A stretch of 64,000 nt of DNA, taken from positions 744,001-808,000 of the forward strand of contig OZ251231.1 of the NCBI GenBank assembly GCA_965240325.2, in the 5' to 3' direction. The DNA is from Rebecca billardiae RCC1528. Lineage: Eukaryota; Protista; Haptophyta. Numbering within the stretch: the stretch's first letter is position 1; each line of letters starts with the position of its first letter. The notes under the pieces were generated by a model. The model was given only the letters and a program-made list of their open reading frames with translations, ran no database searches and had not been told where the DNA came from. This document shows, in pieces, positions 22,895 to 32,968 of the stretch. A program made the translations under genes and the position numbers.

Positions 22895-24244
22895 ATGTGG
22901 GCCCGACGGATCCAGGAGCGCAGTCCGAAGCCGCAGGTGGACGAGAAGAGGGTCAGCATCCTCTCCCCGCTCTCGCCCAAAGGCCGGCACGACCTGATGG
23001 CGCCCACGCGCAGCGCGACCTCTGTGAACGCAGGCTCCTACCTCTCGATGGCGATCAACGCTCACGGCCAGCTCGTGTGGTGGGGCGGCGACTCGGTGGG
23101 GGCGACGCAGCTGGCCGCGAAGGCACGCACAGCCATTGTCGAGGTCTCCGACGACCACACGCAGACGAAGCTCGCCGAGCAGAGCGCCGCGCGCGGCTTG
23201 GACTACGAGCCGGCGCTGCTGAAGCTCTGGATCCCTCGCGCGGGTGCGGTCGTGCAGGTTTCGGCGGGCGGGCGGCATGGCGTTCTGCTGCTCGAATCGG
23301 GCGACGTGTTCACGTTCGGCGAGAACACGTATGGCCAGCTCGGCACAGGCGACTTCATCCCGGTCACCACCCCGCGAGCTGTCGACTTCTTCCGAGTCTC
23401 GCGCACGCGGTGCGCAGAGGTGGCCGCGGGCCGTATGCACTCGCTCGCCATCGACACGCAGGGCGTGGTGTACTCGTGGGGGCAGGGCCAGAATGGCGCG
23501 CTCGGGCTGCGCTCCCTCGACGACTGCCTCACTCCCACGCCCGTCGAGCTGCTCGGCCAGACCGAGTCGCTCAAGAAGCTCGGGCACGTGATCTCGATCT
23601 CGGCCTCCGATCACAGCATCGCGATCACGAGCCGCGGCACGGTGTACGCGTGGGGGCTGGGCTCGTCGGGGCAGCTCGGGCTGGGCGACACTCGGTCGCA
23701 CCGCAAGCCGAGGCTCATCGGCGGCATGCACGACGCGCACGTCATCGGCGCCTCGTGCGGACACGAGCACACGCTGCTGCTCACGCGCGATGGCACGGCC
23801 TTCTCATTCGGTCAGGGCAGCAGCGGCCAGCTCGGCCACGGCGTGCGTGAGGCCGAGCTGCAGCCGCGCGCGATCGCGGCGCTCGAAGCGAAGGGCCGCG
23901 TCGCGCAGGTCGCGGCGGGCGGCTCGCACTCGCTCTTCCTCCTCGAGAACGGCACCGTGCAGTCGTGCGGCGCGAGCGCGTTTGGCGCGCTCGGCCAGGG
24001 CGGCTTTGTGAAGGAGGCGCTGGTCCCGCGCGAGATCACCGGCGGGTACGGCATCGAGAAGGTGATGGCGGTCGCCGCGGGGTTTCTGCACTCGATCGTC
24101 GTCACGATCGTCGGGCAGACCTTCGCCTTCGGCGCGAACTCGTCGCTGCAGCTCGGCGAGACGCGCCACGCGTACTCGAGCGTGCCTCGGCTGGTGTACG
24201 GGCTCCACGCGCAGACCGCGCGCGATGTGTCGCGATTCGCCTAG
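22895..24244 (+). CDS. RCC1-repeat (beta-propeller) protein
   Basis: Repeated VSAGGRHGVLL..GDVFTFGENTYGQLG, VAAGRMHSLAI..GVVYSWGQGQNGALG and similar units. First ATG at 22895. Confidence 0.9.
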   Translation: MWARRIQERSPKPQVDEKRVSILSPLSPKGRHDLMAPTRSATSVNAGSYLSMAINAHGQLVWWGGDSVGATQLAAKARTAIVEVSDDHTQTKLAEQSAARGLDYEPALLKLWIPRAGAVVQVSAGGRHGVLLLESGDVFTFGENTYGQLGTGDFIPVTTPRAVDFFRVSRTRCAEVAAGRMHSLAIDTQGVVYSWGQGQNGALGLRSLDDCLTPTPVELLGQTESLKKLGHVISISASDHSIAITSRGTVYAWGLGSSGQLGLGDTRSHRKPRLIGGMHDAHVIGASCGHEHTLLLTRDGTAFSFGQGSSGQLGHGVREAELQPRAIAALEAKGRVAQVAAGGSHSLFLLENGTVQSCGASAFGALGQGGFVKEALVPREITGGYGIEKVMAVAAGFLHSIVVTIVGQTFAFGANSSLQLGETRHAYSSVPRLVYGLHAQTARDVSRFA

Positions 24245-24538
24245 CGTCTGAGGCTGAGCGAGCGACGAGACCTAGGAGTCACTCTGACGTAAGACTGACG
24301 GTCAGACCTCGCTAAGCAGTGAGTGCCTCACGCGCCCACGGGCATCACCGCGGTGCCATCACTATGTCAGACGTACTTCCTACATAGCTGGTGAATTGTT
24401 TTAAAAAATGCGAGGTCGAAGGTGCGTCAGTCGCGCATGCAGGGTTGGTGAGAAATCAGTCGAGCCGTGCGTGTGCATCGTCGTCTGCGCCCGCCAGCAT
24501 GCTGCATGCAATAGTGCGCGTGCGCGCCGTGACACACT

Positions 24539-24643
24539 GTGTCTGTGTCTCGTGTCTGTCTGTGTGTGTGTGTGTGTTCCGAGAGAGAGAGAGAGAGATC
24601 GAGATCGAGAGATCGAGATCGAGAGAGAGAGAGAGAGAGAGAG
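24539..24643. repeat. Compound (GT)n/(GA)n microsatellite with GAGATC interruptions
   Basis: Directly visible. Confidence 0.9.
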
Positions 24644-24763
24644 GGATCGAGGCGGATCTCCAGTGCATCTTTGGTGTGGTAGATATGGTACATCACGACT
24701 CGGGGGAATGAGGCGTCAGCAGAATGTCGAGCGTCTCCTCGTGGCCTAAGGGCGCGCGGGCTC

Positions 24764-26305
24764 CTACGCCTGCACAAAGTCGTCCTGCTTCTCCCACTCG
24801 GGCTTGTACACCCGCATCGAGCTCGCGCCGATCATGATTTTTGTGAGCGCCTCGAGCCGGTCGAAGACGCTCTCCTGCACGTACGGCACCCCGTGCTTCT
24901 CGCAAATGGCGCGCAGCCGCGGCGCAGCCTTCTGGTACGAGAGCATCGAGAGGTTGGGCCAGACCTGCGGCGCGCGGGGGAGGCGTGCGCGGCGCGGCGG
25001 GGAGGCGGAGGCTGCTGAGCGGCGGCGCAGACGCAGAAGCAGACGCGCGCGCGCCCCGGACCCGCGCCTGCGCAGGCGCGCCGCCCCGGGCCCGCGCGCG
25101 CGCGCTCTGGCGAGGCGCGCGCGCACGTGGTGCTCAATCTGGTAGTTGAGCCAGCCGTGCAAGAAGTCGTTCACGTCGCCGCCCGTGCGGAAGTTGGCGG
25201 AGGAGACGACCTGGCGCATGTACCACGTGCCCGTGTTCACGCGCGCCGGCCCCTTCTCGAAGCGGTACAAGTCATCGCCCGCGTGGTTCGTCGCAATCAC
25301 GATGAAGGAGTGGATGTTAGAGACGACGTCGGCGAGCGCGAGGTTGAGCAGCGCGTTGCCGAACAGCGCGCCCGCCGGCAGGCCGAGCGCGGCGCCCGCG
25401 GCGACGAAGGGGAGCGGGAGCAGGAAGAAGTGGGTGACGAAGTACGGCAGGAACACGCGCTTCATGAAGTCCCCCGCGCTCACGCCCGACGCGGCCATGT
25501 CCTCCGCGCTGAGCAGCGAGGGGAGCACGAGGACTGCGTGCTCGTCGACCTCGTCGCCGAGCGGCGTGCCCGCCTTGCGCGCCTCGGCGATCTTGAGCTG
25601 CTTGTACGTGTTGGGCGCGTAGTAGTACCACTTCCACACGCCGGCGAGGAACGCGACGGCCCCGCGCTTCGCGAAGTTGGGCACCGGGAAGCCGCGCAGC
25701 ATCTCGAGGTTGCGCTCGACCAGGTCGGGGTCCTCGATCTCGCCCAGCCGGTAGTGGTGCAGGTTGTTGTGCTCGACGTTCCACGCCTCGGGGAGCATCC
25801 AGTCGAACCAGTCGCGGACGCGCGCGAGCGGGGAGCCGACGGCGAAGACGCGCGAGTTGAAACGCTCGTCCTGCCCGTTGTACCCGCCGTGGCACGTGTG
25901 GTGCGCGATCATCGTCCAGCGCGACATCGTCCACGTCGAGAGCGCGAGCACGGTGATCGGGTTGAGCGGGAGGACGACGGAGAGCACGCCGATCACGCCG
26001 CAGAGGTTGGACCAGCTGATGATCTTGCGCAGGTGCGCCATGTCCTCCTCGCCCTGCTCCGCCTTCAGCTCGCGCCCGAGCGCCATCACGTCCCGCTGGA
26101 ACGCGTCGAGGTCGACATCCGCGATCCACGCGTCCTCCGGCTCGAGCTCGCCGGGGCGCAGCGCGACGTCCACCGCGGGCGCGCCCGTCGCCGGAATGGC
26201 GACCATGCGCGAGCGCGCGATGGGCGCCCGCGCCGCGCGCTGCGACACGCCCACCGGCCGCGAGCCGGCGTGCAACGCGAGAGCGGTCAACACGACGGAC
26301 AACAT
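24764..26305 (-). CDS. Membrane fatty-acid desaturase without cytochrome b5, probably plastid-targeted; intron 24965-25126
   Basis: His boxes HHTCH, HNNLHH and QIEHH. Signal peptide MLSVVLTALAL followed by an Arg/Ala transit-like segment. Removing a 162-nt GT-AG intron gives QIEHHVWPNL. Confidence 0.88.
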   Translation of the reverse strand: MLSVVLTALALHAGSRPVGVSQRAARAPIARSRMVAIPATGAPAVDVALRPGELEPEDAWIADVDLDAFQRDVMALGRELKAEQGEEDMAHLRKIISWSNLCGVIGVLSVVLPLNPITVLALSTWTMSRWTMIAHHTCHGGYNGQDERFNSRVFAVGSPLARVRDWFDWMLPEAWNVEHNNLHHYRLGEIEDPDLVERNLEMLRGFPVPNFAKRGAVAFLAGVWKWYYYAPNTYKQLKIAEARKAGTPLGDEVDEHAVLVLPSLLSAEDMAASGVSAGDFMKRVFLPYFVTHFFLLPLPFVAAGAALGLPAGALFGNALLNLALADVVSNIHSFIVIATNHAGDDLYRFEKGPARVNTGTWYMRQVVSSANFRTGGDVNDFLHGWLNYQIEHHVRARLARARARGPGAARLRRRGSGARARLLLRLRRRSAASASPPRRARLPRAPQVWPNLSMLSYQKAAPRLRAICEKHGVPYVQESVFDRLEALTKIMIGASSMRVYKPEWEKQDDFVQA

Positions 26306-26535
26306 CGCGAACGTGCTGATTCGCCGTTCGCGGTGGCTGGAATGACCGGAACGTAAACCGAGGATGCGCGCGATTGGCGCGCGCTCTCTGAAGATGCGCG
26401 CGCTTGGCGAGGACCTCGAGAGCTGACAACACTCAGATTCATCGGTTTCTCGGCGCAAAAGAGAATGGGCGCGAAGCCGAGGCGAATGAAGAAGTTTGGC
26501 CGGCGTTGCTGCACCCGGACTGCTCAGGAGTCATA

Positions 26536-27214
26536 CCCGTACAGCGCCGGGAGACTCACGGGAGACTCACTCAACTTTAATGGTCGGTCCCGGGCGCAAG
26601 GTTGGTGCGCAGGCGACAAGAATTGGCTCACATTTAGCGTCTCGGAGATCTCCTTCGGACACTCCGCGGGTTGGTTGCGCTCCGCTGCCGCCCGCGCGCG
26701 CTAAAATTCATTCTTTAAAATAGGGTTTTCAGTGCACTAAGAACCAAGCGAAGAAGATGACTCCAACGGGCAAAAAAGAGCAAAATCAACAGATTTGCGG
26801 AGCTTCCCGTAGGCTATGAAGGGCACGGTGCAGGCGAGTGATGCGGGCGCTCCATGGCCATGTCGGCCGTCGCGGATGGCGTCAACGCACGCCACATGCT
26901 CAAGACACATGCTCACTCGCACACACTTGGGTTGGGCGGGGCGAGACCGCGCTCGCGCAGCCAATCGACACTCAACGACGCTTGTTCGTTGCGGCTGCTT
27001 TGACACAGCGAACGGCAGGGTGCAGACTCGAGATGTGAGGGTCATGCGGGCTTGGACTCGTAGCCAGTACCCACTGGCGGCAGCCTGCATGCCGCGCGTA
27101 CTCCTCCGGACGCGAACTCGTACATCGAGCGGCCAAACTGCTGCGCGAGTCGCCGCCCCAAGTCACAAGCTCGCCATGGATCGCAGAGCCCGCGTAATCT
27201 CGGCGCTGTACGGG
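26536..27214. mobile_element. MITE with 14-bp perfect TIRs and TA flanks
   Basis: TA|CCCGTACAGCGCCG ... CGGCGCTGTACGGG|TA. Confidence 0.65.
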
Positions 27215-27451
27215 TACTGCAGTCATGTTGTAACCCGGCCACAGCTTACGTACGTTTGTTGCTCTGCTGTGTGCCAACCTCGGCAACCTCGACATTCCTC
27301 GACATTCCTCGACCTTCCTCGACAACCTCGTTGACGGAGCTCGTCTTGTATTTGTCAGTAGGGAAATGCGACGAGGATTCCCCCAGGAACAACGAGCACC
27401 TCCGTGCCGCTTGTCCGTCCCGTCCCACCCCGCCGATCCAACCCGGAGACC

Positions 27452-28696
27452 ATGACGACGCGCGCGACGACCAGCGAGCCGAAGAAGCCGTCGGCGGACG
27501 CCCTCCAGGAGCCGCGGGGGACGAAGTCGCAGAAGACGAATGCCACGTCCGACGTCGCCGGCGATGGCGGCGTCACCTCGGACGGGTTCGGCACGTCGAA
27601 CCCGGCGTCGGGCGGCCGTGCGCACGGCGGCGCGTGCGGCAAGCGCCCAGCAAGGGAGTGCCCGCAGGCGGAGACTGCGACGGGCGCTTCGAAGAAGCGC
27701 AAGGCCGCGCCCGGCCCCGCTGCCGACGACGCCATCGGCATGCAGTCGCCTGCTGGCAGCACGTCGGCCGGCGGAAGCAAGGAGCCGCTCCCACCGGCGG
27801 CGCAGGCGGTGCAGGACAAGATGCTGAAGCAGGTGTGCGCCGGGCGTGCGCCGCGCGCGCGCACGCTGCCTTGTGCGACGGCGCTGACCCACCCCGCACC
27901 GCGCATCGCCTGCGCCGTTCAGACCGAGGCGATCAATCGGCTCGCGCAGCAGCGCGCCAAGGCGCTGGAGAAGGCGACCGAGCTGAAGCAAACGTCGGTG
28001 TCGCTCGGCCCGCCGGCGAACACGTCGTCGTTCGCGCAGGACCACGTCGAGCGCTGCGCGGACAAGAGCAACATCCGCGTGAACATCGGCGCGCAGATGC
28101 CGACGAAGCTCACGTTCGACGTGCGCCGCCAGGTGGTGTTCGGCGTGTACGTCGTGGTGCACCAGGAGGGAGTGCCGGGCGCCGAGGCCATGTTCAATGA
28201 GGGCAAGCACGTGAACAAGAACGGCGAGCAGCGCAGCTTTCTCTACAACGAGGCGCCGTCCATCGAGTACGTGCCGGTGGCGGCTGAGGACGAGCAGTAC
28301 CGCGTGCGCGTGCGCGCCATCGTGTTCGAGCCGCGCTCGCGCCTGATGGCGGGCCACATCCTGGAGGGCATCAAGACGGCGCCGCTCGGCTTTGCGCCCA
28401 TCGTGGGCACGCTCCCGACGGTGGACGAGGTCGACCTGAACATCCCGATCGCGCGCCGCCACTCGCTGATGGCGTTCTACGACGTGGACGGCGAGGCGTT
28501 CGGCATCTTCGGCGACGACCTCAAGTTCTACATCAAGGCCATCGAGGCGCTGGCGGTTCAGGCTGGTGCCAGCGTGCTGCAGATCGTGCGCACGCCGATC
28601 GAGACGCAGATGCACTTTGGCGGAGACATCGTGCTGGCCTGCAAGGTGACGACGGCGATCCGTGCTGAGCTGGGCGTGGCGATCACGGGCATGTGA
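27452..28696 (+). CDS. Unknown protein X, copy 1 (disordered N-terminus with KKRK, globular C-terminus); probable intron 27833-27922
   Basis: Strong GC3 codon bias, a 90-nt GTGTGC...CAG intron like the host introns, and an open frame conserved in the duplicate. Confidence 0.7.
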   Translation: MTTRATTSEPKKPSADALQEPRGTKSQKTNATSDVAGDGGVTSDGFGTSNPASGGRAHGGACGKRPARECPQAETATGASKKRKAAPGPAADDAIGMQSPAGSTSAGGSKEPLPPAAQAVQDKMLKQVCAGRAPRARTLPCATALTHPAPRIACAVQTEAINRLAQQRAKALEKATELKQTSVSLGPPANTSSFAQDHVERCADKSNIRVNIGAQMPTKLTFDVRRQVVFGVYVVVHQEGVPGAEAMFNEGKHVNKNGEQRSFLYNEAPSIEYVPVAAEDEQYRVRVRAIVFEPRSRLMAGHILEGIKTAPLGFAPIVGTLPTVDEVDLNIPIARRHSLMAFYDVDGEAFGIFGDDLKFYIKAIEALAVQAGASVLQIVRTPIETQMHFGGDIVLACKVTTAIRAELGVAITGM

Positions 28697-29220
28697 GACG
28701 GCTGGCAAGACTGTGTGCGGGTGGGTGGGAAGGGGGTCGAGCACGGGTGGGTGGGAAGGGGTTCGGGTGGGCACGTGGGCCCGCAGTCGGTGATAGGCCC
28801 CGCATGCACCGCCGAAGCGGTGTGCGTGTTGCAGCACGCACTGCCGATGCTGCAGCATAGTGACTGCGTGATCGGATAGAATACGACGTCAAGTATGATT
28901 TTTAGGGCGCGTGCCGCGCATAGACCGAATGGTGCACAGCCGGCGTGCACTAGCCTGGGGCTGGCAGGCGTCCTCCAGGCGGGCATGAATAAGTCATTAT
29001 TCGCGCAGTTATTATTTCAGCTCCGCGGTTGCTCCTTGACGATTTTCCAAGCTCGGAGGCTTCGGAGGATCAGCAACATCATCCTCAAGCGTTCTGCGAC
29101 CTAGGAATCTAGGATCAGCGCAACATCGTCAAACGTGCTGAGACCTAGGTAGCTTATATGTACGTTTGTTGCTCTGCTGTGTGCCAACCTAGGCAACCTC
29201 GACATTCCTCGACATTCCTC

Positions 29221-29957
29221 GGATCGTACACGACGAGCTTGGCAGCGCCGGGGATGGCCAGCACAGCGTGCAGCTGAGCTCGCGTGCAGTCATGCGCCTC
29301 GTCGAGCAGCACCAGATCGAAGCGCGTGTCGCGTTTGGCGTAGTCGAGTTGGTACAGCGTGAAGAGCACAGCATGCGTCCATGCGGCATGTGAGCTGGGG
29401 TCCGCCTGGCGCTCCCACACGCGGCGCGCCGAGGCAAGAACAGCGCCGCGGCACCGGGCAAGCGCGGGCAGGTGCGCGTCGCAGAGGCGCGCGTCGGCCG
29501 ATGATAGAAACGCACGCAGCGTCGCGCGCACGTCCGTCAAGCTGTCGTCGTCCGGCGCGTCACACGGAAGCACAGCCACCTGGTCGGCGATGTGGCCGCC
29601 GTGCAGGGCATGCGTCGCCTCGAAAGCCAGAGCGTCGAGCGTGCACACGCGCACGTGCGCCATCGCGGAGCACAGCTCAGCCTGCTCCGCTGCCGCGCTG
29701 CGATTGAACGTCACGAGAACGGTGCGCAGGTGCGGTCGCGCCGCAGCGAACGCGCGCAGCGCGTGTGACTTGCCGGCACCTGCAACGGCGAGAATCTTCA
29801 TCACATCACCGCGCTGCAGGGCGGTGTGCACGATAGCCTCGAGGCTGCCGGGTGGATCGTGGCGAACGAGAGCATGCAGCAGCACGCTCGACGTCGGGCG
29901 TGCGAGCGGAGCGGCAGCCAATCGGCGTCGGCGCGGGCGCGCCGGCCCGGGCGCCAT
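29221..29957 (-). pseudogene. N-terminal half of an FBH1/UvrD-like SF1 helicase, truncated at motif III (copy 1)
   Basis: Walker A AVAGAGKS, motif Ia VTFNRS, TLDALA and Walker B LLDEAHD. VVYDP is cut off by end motif A at 29220. Confidence 0.78.
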
Positions 29958-30027
29958 GCAGTAGCCTGCGGTTGGCGCGTTCAGCTGAGCCAAATCGAAG
30001 CGGCGGGCACCCGTGAAGGTGGGTTCC

Positions 30028-30111
30028 GGGGCTGGCCAGGGTAGGGCTGGAGGCTTCGGCCGCCAGTCTGATCACCCGGAGCCCGTTATAAAGGGGAATT
30101 TAAAAGGCCTT
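30028..30111 (+). mobile_element. Short structured insert with GGTTCC(GG) target-site duplication (SINE-like)
   Basis: Present in unit 1 and absent at the same site of unit 2 (~33030). Flanked by GGTTCCGG at 30022 and 30112. Second copy at 34577-34691. Confidence 0.75.
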
Positions 30112-30457
30112 GGTTCCGGTGAGGTGGTTCCCCCACGTCTGAGCACGCTCGCCACCGGACTTTGCCGAGGTTGTCAGAGGTTGCCGAGGTTGTCGAGGTT
30201 GGCGAAAACGTAGCAACCGACCCATCCGACCTCAAAGGTATAGCTTACGTACGTTTGTTGCTCTGCTGTGTGCCAACCTCGGCAACCTCGACATTCCTCG
30301 ACATTCCTCGACCTTCCTCGACAACCTCGTTGACGGAGCTCGTCTTGTATTTGTCAGTAGGGAAATGCGAGGATTCCTTCCGCCCCAGGAACAACGGGCA
30401 CCTCCGTGCGCGCGGCTTGTCCGTCCCGTCCCACCCCGCCGATCCAACCCGGAGACC

Positions 30458-31708
30458 ATGACGACGCGCGCGACGACCAGCGAGCCGAAGAAGCCGTCGG
30501 CGGACGCCCTCCAGGAGCCGCGGGCGACGGAGTCGCAGAAGACGAACGCCACGTCCGACGTCGCCGGCGATGGCGGCGTCACCCCGGACGGGTTCGGCAC
30601 GTCGAACCCGGCGTCGGGCGGCCGTGCGCACGGCGGCGCGTGCGGCAAGCGCCCAGCAAGCGAGTGCCCGCAGGCGGAGACTGCGACGGGCGCTTCGAAG
30701 AAGCGCAAGGCCGCGCCCGGCCCCGCTGCCGACGACGCCATCGGCATGCAGTCGCCTGCTGGCAGCACGTCGGCCGGCGGAAGCAAGGAGCCGCTCCCAC
30801 CGGCGGCGCAGGCGGTGCAGGACAAGATGCTGAAGCAGGTGTGCGCCGGGCGTGCGCCGCGCGCGCGCACGCTGCGGTGTGCGACGGCGCTGACCCACCC
30901 CGCACCGCGCATCGCCTGCGCCGTTGCCGTTCAGGCCGAGGCGATCAATCGGCTCGCGCAGCAGCGCGCCAAGGCGCTGGAGAAGGCGACCGAGCTGAAG
31001 CAAACGTCGGTGTCGCTCGGCCCGCCGGCGAACACGTCGTCGTTCGCGCAGGACCACGTCGAGCGCTGCGCGGACAAGAGCAACATCCGCGTGAACATCG
31101 GCGCGCAGATGCCGACGAAGCTCACGTTCGACGTGCGCCGCCAGGTGGTGTTCGGCGTGTACGTCGTGGTGCACCAGGAGGGCGTGCCGGGCGCCGAGGC
31201 CATGTTCAACGAGGGCAAGCACGTGAACAAGAACGGCGAACAGCGCAGCTTTCTCTACAACGAGGCGCCGTCCATCGAGTACGTGCCGGTGGCGGATGAG
31301 GACGAGCAGTACCGCGTGCGCGTGCGCGCCATCGTGTTCGAGCCGCGCTCGCGCCTGATGGCGGGCCACATCCTGGAGGGCATCAAGACGGCGCCGCTCG
31401 GCTTTGCGCCCATCGTGGGCACGCTCCCGACGGTGGACGAGGTCGACCTGAACATCCCGATCGCGCGCCGCCACTCGCTGATGGCGTTCTACGACGTGGA
31501 CGGCGAGGCGTTCGGCATCTTCGGCGACGACCTCAAGTTCTACATCAAGGCCATCGAGGCGCTGGCGGTTCAGGCTGGCGCCAGCGTGCTGCAGATCGTG
31601 CGCACGCCGATCGAGACGCAGATGCACTTTGGCGGAGACATCGTGCTGGCCTGCAAGGTGACGACGGCGATCCGTGCTGAGCTGGGCGTGGCGATCACGG
31701 GCATGTGA
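30458..31708 (+). CDS. Unknown protein X, copy 2; probable intron 30839-30934
   Basis: Near-identical to copy 1, frame intact, 96-nt intron. Confidence 0.7.
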   Translation: MTTRATTSEPKKPSADALQEPRATESQKTNATSDVAGDGGVTPDGFGTSNPASGGRAHGGACGKRPASECPQAETATGASKKRKAAPGPAADDAIGMQSPAGSTSAGGSKEPLPPAAQAVQDKMLKQVCAGRAPRARTLRCATALTHPAPRIACAVAVQAEAINRLAQQRAKALEKATELKQTSVSLGPPANTSSFAQDHVERCADKSNIRVNIGAQMPTKLTFDVRRQVVFGVYVVVHQEGVPGAEAMFNEGKHVNKNGEQRSFLYNEAPSIEYVPVADEDEQYRVRVRAIVFEPRSRLMAGHILEGIKTAPLGFAPIVGTLPTVDEVDLNIPIARRHSLMAFYDVDGEAFGIFGDDLKFYIKAIEALAVQAGASVLQIVRTPIETQMHFGGDIVLACKVTTAIRAELGVAITGM

Positions 31709-32231
31709 GACGGCTGGCAAGACTGTGTGCGGGTGGGTGGGAAGGGGGTCGAGCACGGGTGGGTGGGAAGGGGTTCGGGTGGGCACGTGGGCCCGCAGTC
31801 GGTGATAGGCCCCGCATGCACCGCCGAAGCGGTGTGCGTGTTGCAGCACGCACGGCCGATGCTGCAGCATAGTGACTGCGTGATCGGATAGAATACGACG
31901 TCAAGTATGATTTTTAGGGCGCGTGCCGCGCATAGACCGAATGGTGCACAGCCGGCGTGCACTAGCCTGGGGCTGGCAGGCGTCCTCCAGGCGGGAATGA
32001 ATAAGTCATTATTCGCGCAGTTATTATTTCAGCTCCGCGGTTGATCCTTGACGATTTTCCAAGCTCGGAGTCGGAGGATCAGCAACATCATCCTCAAGCG
32101 TTCTGCGACCTAGGAATCTATAGGATCAGCGCAACATCGTCAAACGTGCTGAGACCTAGGTAGCTTATATGTACGGTTGTTGCTCTGCTGTGTGCCAACC
32201 TAGGCAACCTCAACATTCCTAGACATTCCTC

Positions 32232-32968
32232 GGATCGTACACGACGAGCTTGGCAGCGCCGGGGATGGCCAGCACAGCGTGCAGCTGAGCTCGCGTGCAG
32301 TCATGCGCCTCGTCGAGCAGCACCAGATCGAAGCGCGTGTCGCGTTTGGCGTAGTCGAGTTGGTACAGCTTGAAGAGCACAGCATGCGTCCGTGCGGCAT
32401 GTGAGCTGGGGTCCGCCTGGCGCTCCCACACGCGGCGCGCCGAGGCAAGAACAGCGCCGCGGCACCGGGCAAGCGCGGGCAGGTGCGCGTCGCAGAGGCG
32501 CGCGTCGGCCGATGATAGAAACGCACGCAGCGTCGCGCGCACGTCCGTCTAGCTGTCGTCGTCCGGCGTGTCACACGGAAGCACAGCCACCTGGTCGGCG
32601 ATGTGGCCGCCGTGCAGGGCATGCGTCGCCTCGAAAGCCAGAGCGTCGAGCGTGCACACGCGCACGCGCGCCATCGCGGAGCACAGCTCAGCCTGCTCCG
32701 CTGCCGCGCTGCGATTGAACGTCACGAGAACGGTGCGCAGGTGCGGTCGCGCCGCAGCGAACGCGCGCAGCGCGTGTGACTTGCCGGCACCTGCAACGGC
32801 GAGAATCTTCATCACATCACCGCGCTGCAGGGCGGTGTGCACGATAGCCTCGAGGCTGCCGGGTGGATCGTGGCGAACGAGAGCATGCAGCAGCACGCTC
32901 GACGTCGGGCGTGCGAGCGGAGCGGCAGCCAATCGGCGTCGGCGCGGGCGCGCCGGCCCGGGCGCCAT
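32232..32968 (-). pseudogene. Truncated FBH1/UvrD-like helicase fragment, copy 2, with premature stop
   Basis: Same as copy 1 but TTG>TAG at 32549-32551. Confidence 0.78.

Noticed and set aside
26972-28858. Long antisense and alternate-frame ORFs (also 7461-8849, 16192-17697, 30245-31870, 51896-53593, 54344-56959)
   Set aside because: These are shadow ORFs of high-GC3 genes with Arg/Ala/Gly-rich translations and no motifs.
30028-30090. Hammerhead or HDV ribozyme in the short insert
   Set aside because: CTGATCA is not the CUGANGA core, there is no GAAA partner, and no nested pseudoknot was found by eye.
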